Virus record (IMG/VR): IMGVR_UViG_3300042447_001246
Direction: 5' to 3' (one strand)
DNA: 64,000 nt
Source of the DNA: an uncultured virus (IMG/VR IMGVR_UViG_3300042447_001246)
Lineage: Duplodnaviria; Heunggongvirae; Uroviricota; Caudoviricetes
The number at the start of each line of letters is the position of its first letter. Within the stretch, counting starts at the first letter, position 1. Below, one piece after another: positions 45,255-53,749 of the stretch. Both the position numbers and the translations under genes were made by a program. The notes beneath the pieces are model-generated. The model was given only the letters and a program-made list of their open reading frames with translations, ran no database searches and had not been told where the DNA came from.

Positions 45255-45903
45255 CATCTATCAAACTCTGTCAGAACCATTTCCAGCGGAGATGGAGAAG
45301 AGACTCAACAAGGGTGGGGCGAACCTCATCTACATCCCTGTAAGCGAAGTAATCAACCGAATGAACAAGGTTCTTGGGGTTGAGAACTGGTCGTTCACTG
45401 TTCATAGCTGGCAACAACTTGGAACATCGATTGTTGCTCACATTCAACTTCAGGCAAAAATTAATGGAGAAACCGTTCACCGCGACGGTGTTGGTGGGCA
45501 GAAAATCAAACTGAACAAACAAGGCGAACCAGTCGACATTGGCGACGAGGTTAAAGGTGCAGTATCTGACGCTTTAAAGAAGGCAGTCCAAACACTCGGT
45601 GTTGGGCTTTACCTTGCGCGAAGCGAAGACGCAATTGAAATTGAACAAGTTATGGACAGCGAGATGGAAGCAGAGGCACGAGTGACACCTGAGGTTTCAA
45701 CAAAGTGGGACAATTTCATGGGCATCGCAAAGGGGCTTTCTCCAGAGAATAGAGAAAAGCTCAATGAATATTGGAGCACATACAGCAATGGACAGCCAAA
45801 GCCAAAGCGTGAAACAGTAACCGAAGATGCTCTTGACAAGTTGATTGCAGAAGCGATTCGTCTTTCATTCGGCGGAGACTATGTGGTTGTAGATGACAAG
45901 TGA
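45241..45903 (+). CDS. Rad52/Rad22-family single-strand annealing protein (Sak-like)
   Basis: LIYIP..EVINRMNKVLGVENWSF...KGAVSDALKKA...LGVGLYL. Confidence 0.88.
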   Translation: MTSNNIYQTLSEPFPAEMEKRLNKGGANLIYIPVSEVINRMNKVLGVENWSFTVHSWQQLGTSIVAHIQLQAKINGETVHRDGVGGQKIKLNKQGEPVDIGDEVKGAVSDALKKAVQTLGVGLYLARSEDAIEIEQVMDSEMEAEARVTPEVSTKWDNFMGIAKGLSPENREKLNEYWSTYSNGQPKPKRETVTEDALDKLIAEAIRLSFGGDYVVVDDK

Positions 45904-46696
45904 GCTAAAGGCTCCTGACTACTTGTCAGCATCTTCCATTGGGACATTTAAACAGTGCCCACAGAAGTTTAAGTTCAACAAAATTGACCTAATCCCAGAC
46001 CCATCTAACCACTGGGCGGTATTAGGTAATTTTGTCCACGACATTCTTGAAGAGATGTATAAGCTCCCAGCTGAATTGCGGACACTTGCAAACTGTCGCC
46101 CATTAGCGAAACAGATATGGGATGAGAAGTGGGCAGAAGAAGCAATGAAAGTTGTTGACGGCTTTAAGGTCACTTACAAAATAGTCTCTCTTAGCGATGC
46201 TGAGGCGTTGAATAAATTTCGTTGGGCTGCATGGTTTTGTGTTGAGAATCTTTGGAACCTAGAGGACCCACAGAAACTTGAACCAACTGGCCTTGAATAT
46301 GAACTAAATGGAGAGATAGCCGGAGTAAGGCTTCGTGGATTCATAGACAGATATAGCCAGACAGAAGGCAAAATGTCACTGACCGTAAGCGACTACAAAA
46401 CAGGCAAGACACCAAAGTATGACCTAGACGAAAAGTTTTCTCAGCTTTTAATTTATGCAAAACTTCTAATCAACCTTGGCGTTGGCGATGTCGACAAAGT
46501 TGAACTTTTGTACCTCAAGGACGGAGTGAAACTCACGCGAGAAGTAACTCACTCTGAAATAGTAAAACTTGAAGAGATGATTCAAGAGACAAAGTCGCAA
46601 ATAGATGAAAAATGCAGGACTGGTGAGTTTGAAGCAAAGACTTCGTTTCTGTGTAATTTTTGCAGTTACAAACGCATATGTCCGGCGTGGAGATAA
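45893..46696 (+). CDS. PD-(D/E)XK RecB/Cas4-like exonuclease with Fe-S Cys motif
   Basis: LSASSI..F.QCP, GNFVH, RGFIDR, DYKTGK, QL.IY, CNFC....C. Confidence 0.9.
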   Translation: MTSELKAPDYLSASSIGTFKQCPQKFKFNKIDLIPDPSNHWAVLGNFVHDILEEMYKLPAELRTLANCRPLAKQIWDEKWAEEAMKVVDGFKVTYKIVSLSDAEALNKFRWAAWFCVENLWNLEDPQKLEPTGLEYELNGEIAGVRLRGFIDRYSQTEGKMSLTVSDYKTGKTPKYDLDEKFSQLLIYAKLLINLGVGDVDKVELLYLKDGVKLTREVTHSEIVKLEEMIQETKSQIDEKCRTGEFEAKTSFLCNFCSYKRICPAWR

Positions 46697-46698
46697 AG

Positions 46699-47208
46699 AT
46701 GATGCTCAACGATGACGCATTTGCAAGAATGGTTGCAGAGGAAGTAAAGAACAAACTTTCTCCGCTTCATAAAAAACAATTGATGGAAAAGGAAAACTGG
46801 AACAGGTGGAGAGACGCGCTCCTATTTCTTTCCGAAAATCTAAAAGAACAGATTGACGAGATTGAGTACGACGCTCAAGCCGATGATGCCAGGTATACGG
46901 CACTCGGCAGGGATGGCAGAAGGCTTGCTATTGAAGCAAAAGCGGCATACGACTCAAAGCTAAAGAAGGTCAGTAGGTTTAAGTTCCACGTTGACAAGCG
47001 ACTTGATGAAGTTGCTGCAATGATTGAAACTGGCGATGAAATATCTTCAGATGGATGGGAGCAAGTTGATTTCTACAAGAGAGCGATTGCCACCCATCGT
47101 GCAATGTTGAGAGACTACGACCTTGAAGAAACATCAATCGATAGGGCTCTCTGGGCGACCCTTGAAAGCAAGTGGGAGTTTGACCAGATTGACGTTGAGA
47201 ATCTCTAA
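46699..47208 (+). CDS. hypothetical helical protein
   Basis: ATG at 46699 follows the upstream stop; GGAG upstream. Confidence 0.7.
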   Translation: MMLNDDAFARMVAEEVKNKLSPLHKKQLMEKENWNRWRDALLFLSENLKEQIDEIEYDAQADDARYTALGRDGRRLAIEAKAAYDSKLKKVSRFKFHVDKRLDEVAAMIETGDEISSDGWEQVDFYKRAIATHRAMLRDYDLEETSIDRALWATLESKWEFDQIDVENL

Positions 47209-47213
47209 CTAAG

Positions 47214-47588
47214 GTGAAACCTAGAAAGCCGCTCAAGAGAGGCAAACCGCCAAAAAGAGGCGCTCCCCCAAAGCGAACTGGTTCAATAAAGAAAAGAAGC
47301 AAAAAGCAATCTGAGCTTTATGAACTGCGGCGTCCATTTGTAGAAAAGATTCTTAGCGAACGACCTTTTTGTCAGGCTTGCAAAGTTTTTGCACAGCATG
47401 ATGAAAAAGTAACTTTTACCCAAAAGAACAGTACGGACGTTCACGAAATAATTCGTCGCTCACAGGGCGGCTCGATACTTGATGAAGATAACGTTCTTGC
47501 GGTTTGCAGACCATGTCACACAAGAATTGGAAACCATCCACAGCTTGCTTTTGATTTAGGGTTAGCAAAAAGAAGTTGGGAAAAATAA
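47214..47588 (+). CDS. HNH-family endonuclease (small, basic N-terminus)
   Basis: CQAC...VHEII.RSQGG....N...CRPCH..I..H. Confidence 0.85.
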   Translation: MKPRKPLKRGKPPKRGAPPKRTGSIKKRSKKQSELYELRRPFVEKILSERPFCQACKVFAQHDEKVTFTQKNSTDVHEIIRRSQGGSILDEDNVLAVCRPCHTRIGNHPQLAFDLGLAKRSWEK

Positions 47589-47640
47589 TTTATTATGTCT
47601 TTTTATTTGACACTTTCAGTATTTAAACTCAGTATAAACT

Positions 47641-47701
47641 GGAATTCCTTAGGACCGTTATAGGTGCGAAAGTCGGGTGGGGAGACTCACTCGGCTTTTG
47701 C
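47641..47701 (+). ncRNA. candidate small structured RNA or strong terminator hairpin
   Basis: 16-bp stem gcgaaagtcgggtggg-GAGA-ctcactcggcttttgc with several G-U pairs, embedded in AT-rich intergenic DNA. Confidence 0.45.
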
Positions 47702-47779
47702 ATGTTCGGTGTCTTTTACTAGATTTTTAATTATAAATGCTTTACTATTTAGCTTTAATAAATAGTGTTACTCTTTTTT

Positions 47780-47927
47780 CATCTAGCCAATATCTACTCC
47801 GAGTGGAAGAAGGGCAGGTGGTCAAAAGGTCTAGTAGCGAAAGCTATGGCAAATCGAAGACTCGACTGCACGCCACCTGTGTCACTCGACAAACCCGCTG
47901 AACCGGCTAGGTGTTCGGCGGGTTTTT
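47780..47927 (+). ncRNA. candidate multi-stem structured ncRNA ending in an intrinsic terminator
   Basis: Nested stems cgagtg/cactcg and gcaggtgg/ccacctgt, tagc-GAAA-gcta, tcga-agac-tcga; terminator aaacccgctgaac/gttcggcgggttttt; TACTCT -10 about 5 nt upstream. Confidence 0.6.
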
Positions 47928-47951
47928 GCTTTTATGGATTAGTATCTGTCC

Positions 47952-48482
47952 GTGAATATCAATCTACTTGGGCTTGACCTCTCCTTAACGTCCACTGGGT
48001 ATTCTCATAACGGCGATACGGGTGTCATCTCAACCAGCGAAAAGGGCGTCCAAAGGCTAAGGACAATTTCTGAAACAATTAAAAAAATAGTTTTAGAAAA
48101 TGATATTGATGTTGTCATTGTTGAGGGTTATTCCTTCGCATCTCGCAGTGGGCAAGCATTTTCCATTGGAGAACTTGGTGGAGTCGTGCGGCTTTGCCTG
48201 TTTGAACTAGGCGTTCCATTCGTGGAAATACCGCCAACATGTAGGGCTAAGTTTGCCACCGGAAAAGGCAACGCTTCAAAGAACGAAGTAATTTCTGCTG
48301 TTTCTGCCAAGACCGGAATCGTATGGGGGAACCCTGGGGCAGACGACAAATGTGACGCTTGGATTCTCGAAGAGATGGCTCTTGCCTTTATAGAAAAACC
48401 GAGGTTTTCTTGGCCAGCAACGAATATGTCAGCCTTAGACAAAGTAGATTGGAGCCCACTACAAGTGAAAGGCAGTACATGA
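47952..48482 (+). CDS. ruvC: RuvC-like Holliday junction resolvase
   Basis: LGLDLSLTSTG, VIVEG, GELGGV, KFATGKGNASK, DDKCDA. Confidence 0.88.
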   Translation: MNINLLGLDLSLTSTGYSHNGDTGVISTSEKGVQRLRTISETIKKIVLENDIDVVIVEGYSFASRSGQAFSIGELGGVVRLCLFELGVPFVEIPPTCRAKFATGKGNASKNEVISAVSAKTGIVWGNPGADDKCDAWILEEMALAFIEKPRFSWPATNMSALDKVDWSPLQVKGST

Positions 48483-48814
48483 GAAGCGCACCTATTAGTC
48501 AAGTTGAAATTGAACAAGAGATGCTCAGGCTCGTTGGGGAACTAGAAAAAGAAACTGAAGCATTTGAGGTTTTAGCCGTTGAGGCGGCCAAGAAAGAAGC
48601 AAGGTACAAGTCGAACTGGGCAAAGGAATATCTCGCTCGTTCTGGCTCAATCAAGGAACGTGAAGCTTGGGCCGACTATAAGCTTGATGACGTTAACTAT
48701 GAATACAAGATTGCAGAGGCTCTTGTTAAAACAAAACGAGAAGCACTATTATCTTTGCGAACATCAATAGATGCAATGCGAACACTTAATGCAAACGTGA
48801 GAGTACAGGTATGA
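48479..48814 (+). CDS. hypothetical coiled-coil protein
   Basis: ATGA overlaps at both ends; start MRSAPIS at 48479. Confidence 0.7.
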   Translation: MRSAPISQVEIEQEMLRLVGELEKETEAFEVLAVEAAKKEARYKSNWAKEYLARSGSIKEREAWADYKLDDVNYEYKIAEALVKTKREALLSLRTSIDAMRTLNANVRVQV

Positions 48815-49605
48815 GCGGAATACATCCTTCTTTAAAATCACTCGCCGTAGACATCGACACTCTTGACTATCTTGAGGGGAATCCGCGAATAGGAAATGTT
48901 GAAGCAATCATGGCTTCATACTCAGAGTTCGGTCAGGTTAAGCCAATTGTCGCCAAGAAAAACGACGATGGAACTGCAACTGTTATCGCAGGTAATCACC
49001 AACTTGAAGCAGCAGTCAATCTCGGATGGGAACAGATTGCGGTTATTTTCCTAGACGCCGACGACAAAAAAGCAATTGCTTTTGCTCTTGCCGATAACAG
49101 GACAATGGAGCTTGGTTATACAGAACCAGAGCTCTTAACCGACATGCTTCTAGAAATTAGCGAGTACTACCCAGACCTTCTTGATGGATTGGGCTGGGAC
49201 GAATTCGAACTTGCATCAATGGAAAGCGACATGATAATTGAGCAAGCAAGAATGGATAACTCCGAAGAAGAGATTCCACAGACTAGAGAACAAATAGCAG
49301 AGCAAAAAGTTTACGACGATGCTGTTGACTCAATAAAGGGAATGGTTCAAAAAGATGATTCTGGAGAAAACAGAATCGTTGCCAATTCGAATCTAGACCA
49401 TTCTGATATTGCTACTCGTGGCTCCACTATTGCTGTACCGGGCTCAGCTCCACAGGCAGCAGTTCAATACACAATTGTTTTTGATAATGCAGACCAGCAG
49501 GCTCTGTGGTACAAATTTATCAAGTGGCTGCGTTCTGACCCAGCTGTTGACGGAGACACCACGGCAGAGAAATTGATTAACTTCATAGACCCACACATGC
49601 CATGA
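48811..49605 (+). CDS. ParB/Srx-like N-terminal domain protein
   Basis: NPR...EFGQVKPIV...VIAGNHQLEAA..LGW...ALADNR. Confidence 0.85.
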   Translation: MSGIHPSLKSLAVDIDTLDYLEGNPRIGNVEAIMASYSEFGQVKPIVAKKNDDGTATVIAGNHQLEAAVNLGWEQIAVIFLDADDKKAIAFALADNRTMELGYTEPELLTDMLLEISEYYPDLLDGLGWDEFELASMESDMIIEQARMDNSEEEIPQTREQIAEQKVYDDAVDSIKGMVQKDDSGENRIVANSNLDHSDIATRGSTIAVPGSAPQAAVQYTIVFDNADQQALWYKFIKWLRSDPAVDGDTTAEKLINFIDPHMP

Positions 49606-50747
49606 CCAGACAAAGAATGTTCTTGAACATTTCTTGCGTGGAAGCTGCGCGCCAAAGAATCAGGCATGTCTACGACCAGTTCGACACTGTGTGCGTGCAG
49701 TTCTCTGGTGGCAAAGACTCAACGGCTGCTCTGCTATTGGCAAAGGAAGTTCACGAGGAACGTGGGCTTGGACCAGTCAAAGTTATCTTCAGAGATGAAG
49801 AGATGGTTAGCCCAAAGACAATTGAATATGTTGAAAGAGTAAGGAACTACGACTGGGTAGATATGGAATGGTATTGCCTTCCATTCATTGCTGAAGTTTG
49901 GGTTCTTGGAAAGCGTGAACGAATCCTTCTATGGGGCGCTCTTCGCGGAAGCGAGGGCAGGTGGGTTAGAGATATGCCACCATGGGCAATCAATGCTCAA
50001 ACACTTGGATTGAATCCAGCCATGTCTCTTCCAGAGCAAACCGACTATTACACAATGCAGGGAAAGGTCGGCAACGTTGCCTTCATCACTGGTGTTCGTG
50101 CAAGTGAGTCAATGGTTCGTTATCGCTCAATTGTTCAGAAGCTTCATGAAAATTACATCGTTACTCCATACAAGCTAAAAAGAGGAATACCTCTTAAGTT
50201 CGCAAAGGTCATTTACGACTGGAATACGGATGATGTTTTCAAGTTCATAGTCGAAGAGCACGGTTCTGATTATTGCGAGTACTACGACCTTGCAGCTTTG
50301 ACTGGCAGCAATACGCGAGTCGGTATCCCACTCCACTCCATTGCTATCAGAAGAATCGGAGATGTGGTTGCCACCGAACCGGAATTCTACGACAAGCTTG
50401 TTGAGTGTTTTCCGCACATTGACGCTCAAAGAAGAATATGGAAAGACTTCGATGTTGAGAAGTTGATTTCTAAGTATGCCAAGGATGGTTTTACTGGTGC
50501 ATCCAACTTCATCAATGATTTTATTATTGGCGAAGAAGCAGCTCGGTCTGCAAGAACTTTCGTTGCGAAGTTTAGGCAGAAGCACGCTATAGACCCAGGC
50601 GGGTATCCACTCAATTATCTAATTAGAACTCTTCTCCTAAACCAGTTTGACTCAAACTCACCGACACCAGTTGGCCCCAAAACAAAAGCTCATGCCGTAA
50701 GAACCATTGAATCGACGGAGGAACAAAGTGAAACATTTGAATATTAA
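49602..50747 (+). CDS. PAPS-reductase-like PP-loop protein (IbrA/YbdN-like)
   Basis: EAARQRIR, FSGGKDS, FRDEE, WYCLP, GVRASES..R, IYDW...DV. Confidence 0.82.
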   Translation: MTRQRMFLNISCVEAARQRIRHVYDQFDTVCVQFSGGKDSTAALLLAKEVHEERGLGPVKVIFRDEEMVSPKTIEYVERVRNYDWVDMEWYCLPFIAEVWVLGKRERILLWGALRGSEGRWVRDMPPWAINAQTLGLNPAMSLPEQTDYYTMQGKVGNVAFITGVRASESMVRYRSIVQKLHENYIVTPYKLKRGIPLKFAKVIYDWNTDDVFKFIVEEHGSDYCEYYDLAALTGSNTRVGIPLHSIAIRRIGDVVATEPEFYDKLVECFPHIDAQRRIWKDFDVEKLISKYAKDGFTGASNFINDFIIGEEAARSARTFVAKFRQKHAIDPGGYPLNYLIRTLLLNQFDSNSPTPVGPKTKAHAVRTIESTEEQSETFEY

Positions 50748-51285
50748 TTACGTAAAGGCAAGCGACTTAAAGATTCCGGAATGGAAGGCAACGCACATAC
50801 TCCGTCCAGACTTGCTTGTCTTGTCTGCATCGCTAATGGAATTTGGTTTTATTGAGCCAATCCACATCCGGGCATCAACCAAGGAAGTTATAGACGGAAG
50901 CGAAAGACTCAGACTGGCCATGAATGTTTCAAGAATTGCCGATGCTCATGGGGACATGATTCCAGTCATCGAGCACGATTGCGATGGTCTGACCGCAATG
51001 ATGATGCATCTACGCCTAAACAGGGGGCGCGGAAACCTGGTTTCAAAGAAGATTTCCAACATAGTACGGAAGCTAAAGCAGTCTGGAAAATACAATCGCC
51101 ATGATTTTGATTTGCTTTTGTGCATGAAGACTGACGAGCTTGAGGTAATGTTAGAGGCGTCAATCATCAAGACGAGAAACATAGCTGAACACACGTACTC
51201 CCGTGCTTGGGTCCCAATTGAGGCTCCTGCAGGAACAGTGGACAGCGAGCCAGTTGTAGAAAGACCACCGAATCCGGATAGGTGA
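50728..51285 (+). CDS. ParB-like protein (IbrB-like)
   Basis: SLMEFGFIEPI...VIDGSER...HLRLNRGRG; GTG at 50728 with GGAGG RBS. Confidence 0.8.
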   Translation: MKHLNINYVKASDLKIPEWKATHILRPDLLVLSASLMEFGFIEPIHIRASTKEVIDGSERLRLAMNVSRIADAHGDMIPVIEHDCDGLTAMMMHLRLNRGRGNLVSKKISNIVRKLKQSGKYNRHDFDLLLCMKTDELEVMLEASIIKTRNIAEHTYSRAWVPIEAPAGTVDSEPVVERPPNPDR

Positions 51286-51335
51286 CGGTGATATAATTAT
51301 TTTATTAGTCCGTCCAAAAACAAGGAACAATTAAT

Positions 51336-51788
51336 ATGCCACAGCCAATTCAAGGACCAACGCTTGCTGAAGTAGCTTTGAATCGAAGAGAAAATGAAAA
51401 ACTTGTTAAAGCGAGGGGTGTTCTTTCCAAAGACGGCAGGGACAGACTGAAGAAGGCGCTGAAAGCTCCAGACATGACTGGTGCCACTCAGAGAGAAAAA
51501 GCCAGACAAAGACAGATAGCCAGGGAACTCAAGAAGTACAGAACAGGAGCAAAGGGCGCTCCGTCGACACGAAAAGCCAACGCTCTTTTCAACGAGTCTG
51601 GAAGAATTGGCGCAAGAGCAAGAAAACGAGCAGCTGAAAAAACAGCAGCAGCAGCCAAGAAGGCAAAGAAGGCCAAGAAAGCCGCTAAGAAGGCACCCGC
51701 CAAAAAGGCTGCTAAAAAGGCTCCAGCCAAGAAAGCAGCCAAGAAGGCAGCACGACCAGTTAAGAAAGCAGCCAAGAAAAGTCGCTAG
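51336..51788 (+). CDS. highly basic protein with histone H1-like AKKA tail
   Basis: AAKKAKKAKKAAKKAPAKKAAKKAPAKKAAKKAARPVKKAAKKSR; RBS AAGGA. Confidence 0.8.
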   Translation: MPQPIQGPTLAEVALNRRENEKLVKARGVLSKDGRDRLKKALKAPDMTGATQREKARQRQIARELKKYRTGAKGAPSTRKANALFNESGRIGARARKRAAEKTAAAAKKAKKAKKAAKKAPAKKAAKKAPAKKAAKKAARPVKKAAKKSR

Positions 51789-51874
51789 GACTTAATTATT
51801 GAGTTATAAATAATTAGTGCTTTTCTTTAAAGTGCTACAATTGGACTGAAAAGTTGCAACCTCAGAGGTAAGCC

Positions 51875-52519
51875 ATGCTTGTATCAGTTCAAGATTTAGT
51901 CACATATATGGACATCTCTCTGTCTATGCGTCAACAAGATGCTGCCGAGATGGTTCTTGAAGGTCTTCAAAGCGAGCTAGAAGCGTATCTTCGCAGACCT
52001 GTCGAGCCAACAGAGTTCACTGAAGAATATGTTCTTGACTCGGGTCACCTTGGCGTTCCAATGGGCACTTTCCTTTCAGTTAATAGGCCGGTTGGTGACT
52101 CATTTAGCACGACGAGTCCTGTGGAAAATACCGTCTATACGGAGCCTCCACAGACAATATATTTGCGCAACTCCCCTGTCGTCTCTGTAATCGAGGTCAC
52201 CGTCAAGCCGCAATTCGGCGAAGAGCGCGTTTTGGTTCCGGAAAGCGACTATGTGGTTAGACGATACGGAATTGACTACTTCTTTGGATTCTCTAACGAC
52301 ATAGTGACGGTTAACTACACTGCTGGCCTTGATGGTGAAAACATAAAGATGTTTAAATTGATGATTCTTCGCGCGGCAACTCGTGAAATGCAAAACATGC
52401 ACGACGATGTCGTTGGTGTAAAAGACCTCAACACAAGAAACGTTGCGCCACTGGAAACAGGGTTCTCCGACCGCGAGCTTGCCTCTGTCAGAAAGTACAG
52501 AAGAGTTAGAGTTGCGTAA
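51875..52519 (+). CDS. head-tail connector / adaptor protein
   Basis: LVSVQDLVTYM...LEAYLRR...PVVSV...VTVNYTAG pattern; first gene of the neck cluster. Confidence 0.75.
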   Translation: MLVSVQDLVTYMDISLSMRQQDAAEMVLEGLQSELEAYLRRPVEPTEFTEEYVLDSGHLGVPMGTFLSVNRPVGDSFSTTSPVENTVYTEPPQTIYLRNSPVVSVIEVTVKPQFGEERVLVPESDYVVRRYGIDYFFGFSNDIVTVNYTAGLDGENIKMFKLMILRAATREMQNMHDDVVGVKDLNTRNVAPLETGFSDRELASVRKYRRVRVA

Positions 52520-53004
52520 TGGCTAGGACAACTGGCAGGATAACAATTGAGGTTGAAGTCAAGGCGGATGATGTTCTTGAACTCCTAGAAAACATGAAGG
52601 ACAGGGCTAATGATATGCGGCCTGTTTTCAGATGGGCAAAGGGTCAACTTGAATTAGCCAATGCGGCAAACTTCATGGCTAACGGCCTTCCAAGCGGAAA
52701 GCCATGGGCGCCACTTGACAAGGACTACGGCACATGGAAATCAGCACGCTTCCCCGGACGCGGAACGATGGTTCAGACTGGCAACCTTTTTAGAAGCCTT
52801 ATCAACATGAACGACTCGTCGGTTAACGTTATAGAAAAAGATACAGCTACATTTGGGACCAACGTTGAGTACGCAAAGTTTCATCAATATGGAACCACAA
52901 AAATGGCCAAAAGAAAAATAGTTTTCACCCCACGGGAATTCCCACGAGAACTTGGAATTAACATGGTCAAATATATGGTTCTTGGTGAGGATGCGATTAC
53001 ATGA
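52519..53004 (+). CDS. virion morphogenesis / neck protein (Mu gpG-like)
   Basis: G.PWAPL...TGNLFRSL...FGTNVEYAKFHQYGT..M.KR. Confidence 0.82.
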   Translation: MARTTGRITIEVEVKADDVLELLENMKDRANDMRPVFRWAKGQLELANAANFMANGLPSGKPWAPLDKDYGTWKSARFPGRGTMVQTGNLFRSLINMNDSSVNVIEKDTATFGTNVEYAKFHQYGTTKMAKRKIVFTPREFPRELGINMVKYMVLGEDAIT

Positions 53005-53609
53005 GCCTGATGCATGGCCCACAGTTTGCCAAGTCTTATGTCAATGAATATCTTAAATTGGATATTCCAACGAGAATAGTTAGCTATCGAAATGGCTGGA
53101 ACGTTGACGACATTACTCTCCCGACACCAATCGACTTCTTCATCCACGAACCAATTGCAATGGATACCTGGCCGACAATAATCACCGCAGCAATATCTAC
53201 AAGTAAATTTGAAAGAATTGGTTATGACGGGTCAGACCCTCTCTACCGTGTTGACTACTCAATGCGCACATATGTGTGGACTAGGTCAGATGGAGCCGAA
53301 GCTGTAACAACAATGAGAGACCGCTTAACCACGGTTCTCAGAGCAGCCCTTCTCGACTACCCATGCCTCAAGGCGTATGACGATAGGAACTCTTTTCGTG
53401 CAATGATTGACGAATCAACCATTCGTGAAGAGTTCTCCGACCTGACGCTGCTAAAGGGTGACAGGTTCCTTGCTGGTTCATACATCTCGTACACACTGCA
53501 AATAGACGAGATAGTCACAAGGGAGCCAATAGGTACGGTTTCAGAAATTGACCTGGAAGTAATAAATACTCCACTAACCGATAGTCTCCCTACTTTTGAA
53601 CCTTTGTGA
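53001..53609 (+). CDS. putative tail completion/terminator protein
   Basis: Position between neck and sheath; ~200 aa; ATGA overlap. Confidence 0.55.
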   Translation: MSLMHGPQFAKSYVNEYLKLDIPTRIVSYRNGWNVDDITLPTPIDFFIHEPIAMDTWPTIITAAISTSKFERIGYDGSDPLYRVDYSMRTYVWTRSDGAEAVTTMRDRLTTVLRAALLDYPCLKAYDDRNSFRAMIDESTIREEFSDLTLLKGDRFLAGSYISYTLQIDEIVTREPIGTVSEIDLEVINTPLTDSLPTFEPL

Positions 53610-53749
53610 AGTACAATAAAAAAGGTTTAAAACATAAAACCGTTTACATCAAATCTTTTTAACAGTTGCATTAGAAAAACGTTTTGCATCTGTACAATTG
53701 AAACTAATAAGCGGGATTCCAATCCTAAAACGAGCAACAGGAGTGTCCA

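Noticed and set aside
45893..46696. Cas4 as part of a CRISPR-Cas system
   Set aside because: No other cas genes or array; it is coupled to a Rad52-like annealase, i.e. an exonuclease/SSAP recombination pair
47607..47640. TTGACA...TATAAA as a canonical sigma-70 promoter
   Set aside because: The spacing is 20 nt, outside the 16-18 nt norm, so it is not called as a standard promoter
47765..47977. Track ORF of 70 aa
   Set aside because: No RBS, crosses a strong terminator and coincides with extensive RNA structure, so an ncRNA is the better explanation
49602..50747. cysH sulfur-assimilation auxiliary metabolic gene
   Set aside because: Lacks the C-terminal ECG(L/I)H motif of true PAPS/APS reductases and is flanked by ParB-like genes as in IbrAB-type modules
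51488..51775. Ala/Phe/Leu-rich minus-strand ORF resembling a membrane protein (also 5317..5745 +)
   Set aside because: Reverse-complement artefact of AKK repeats
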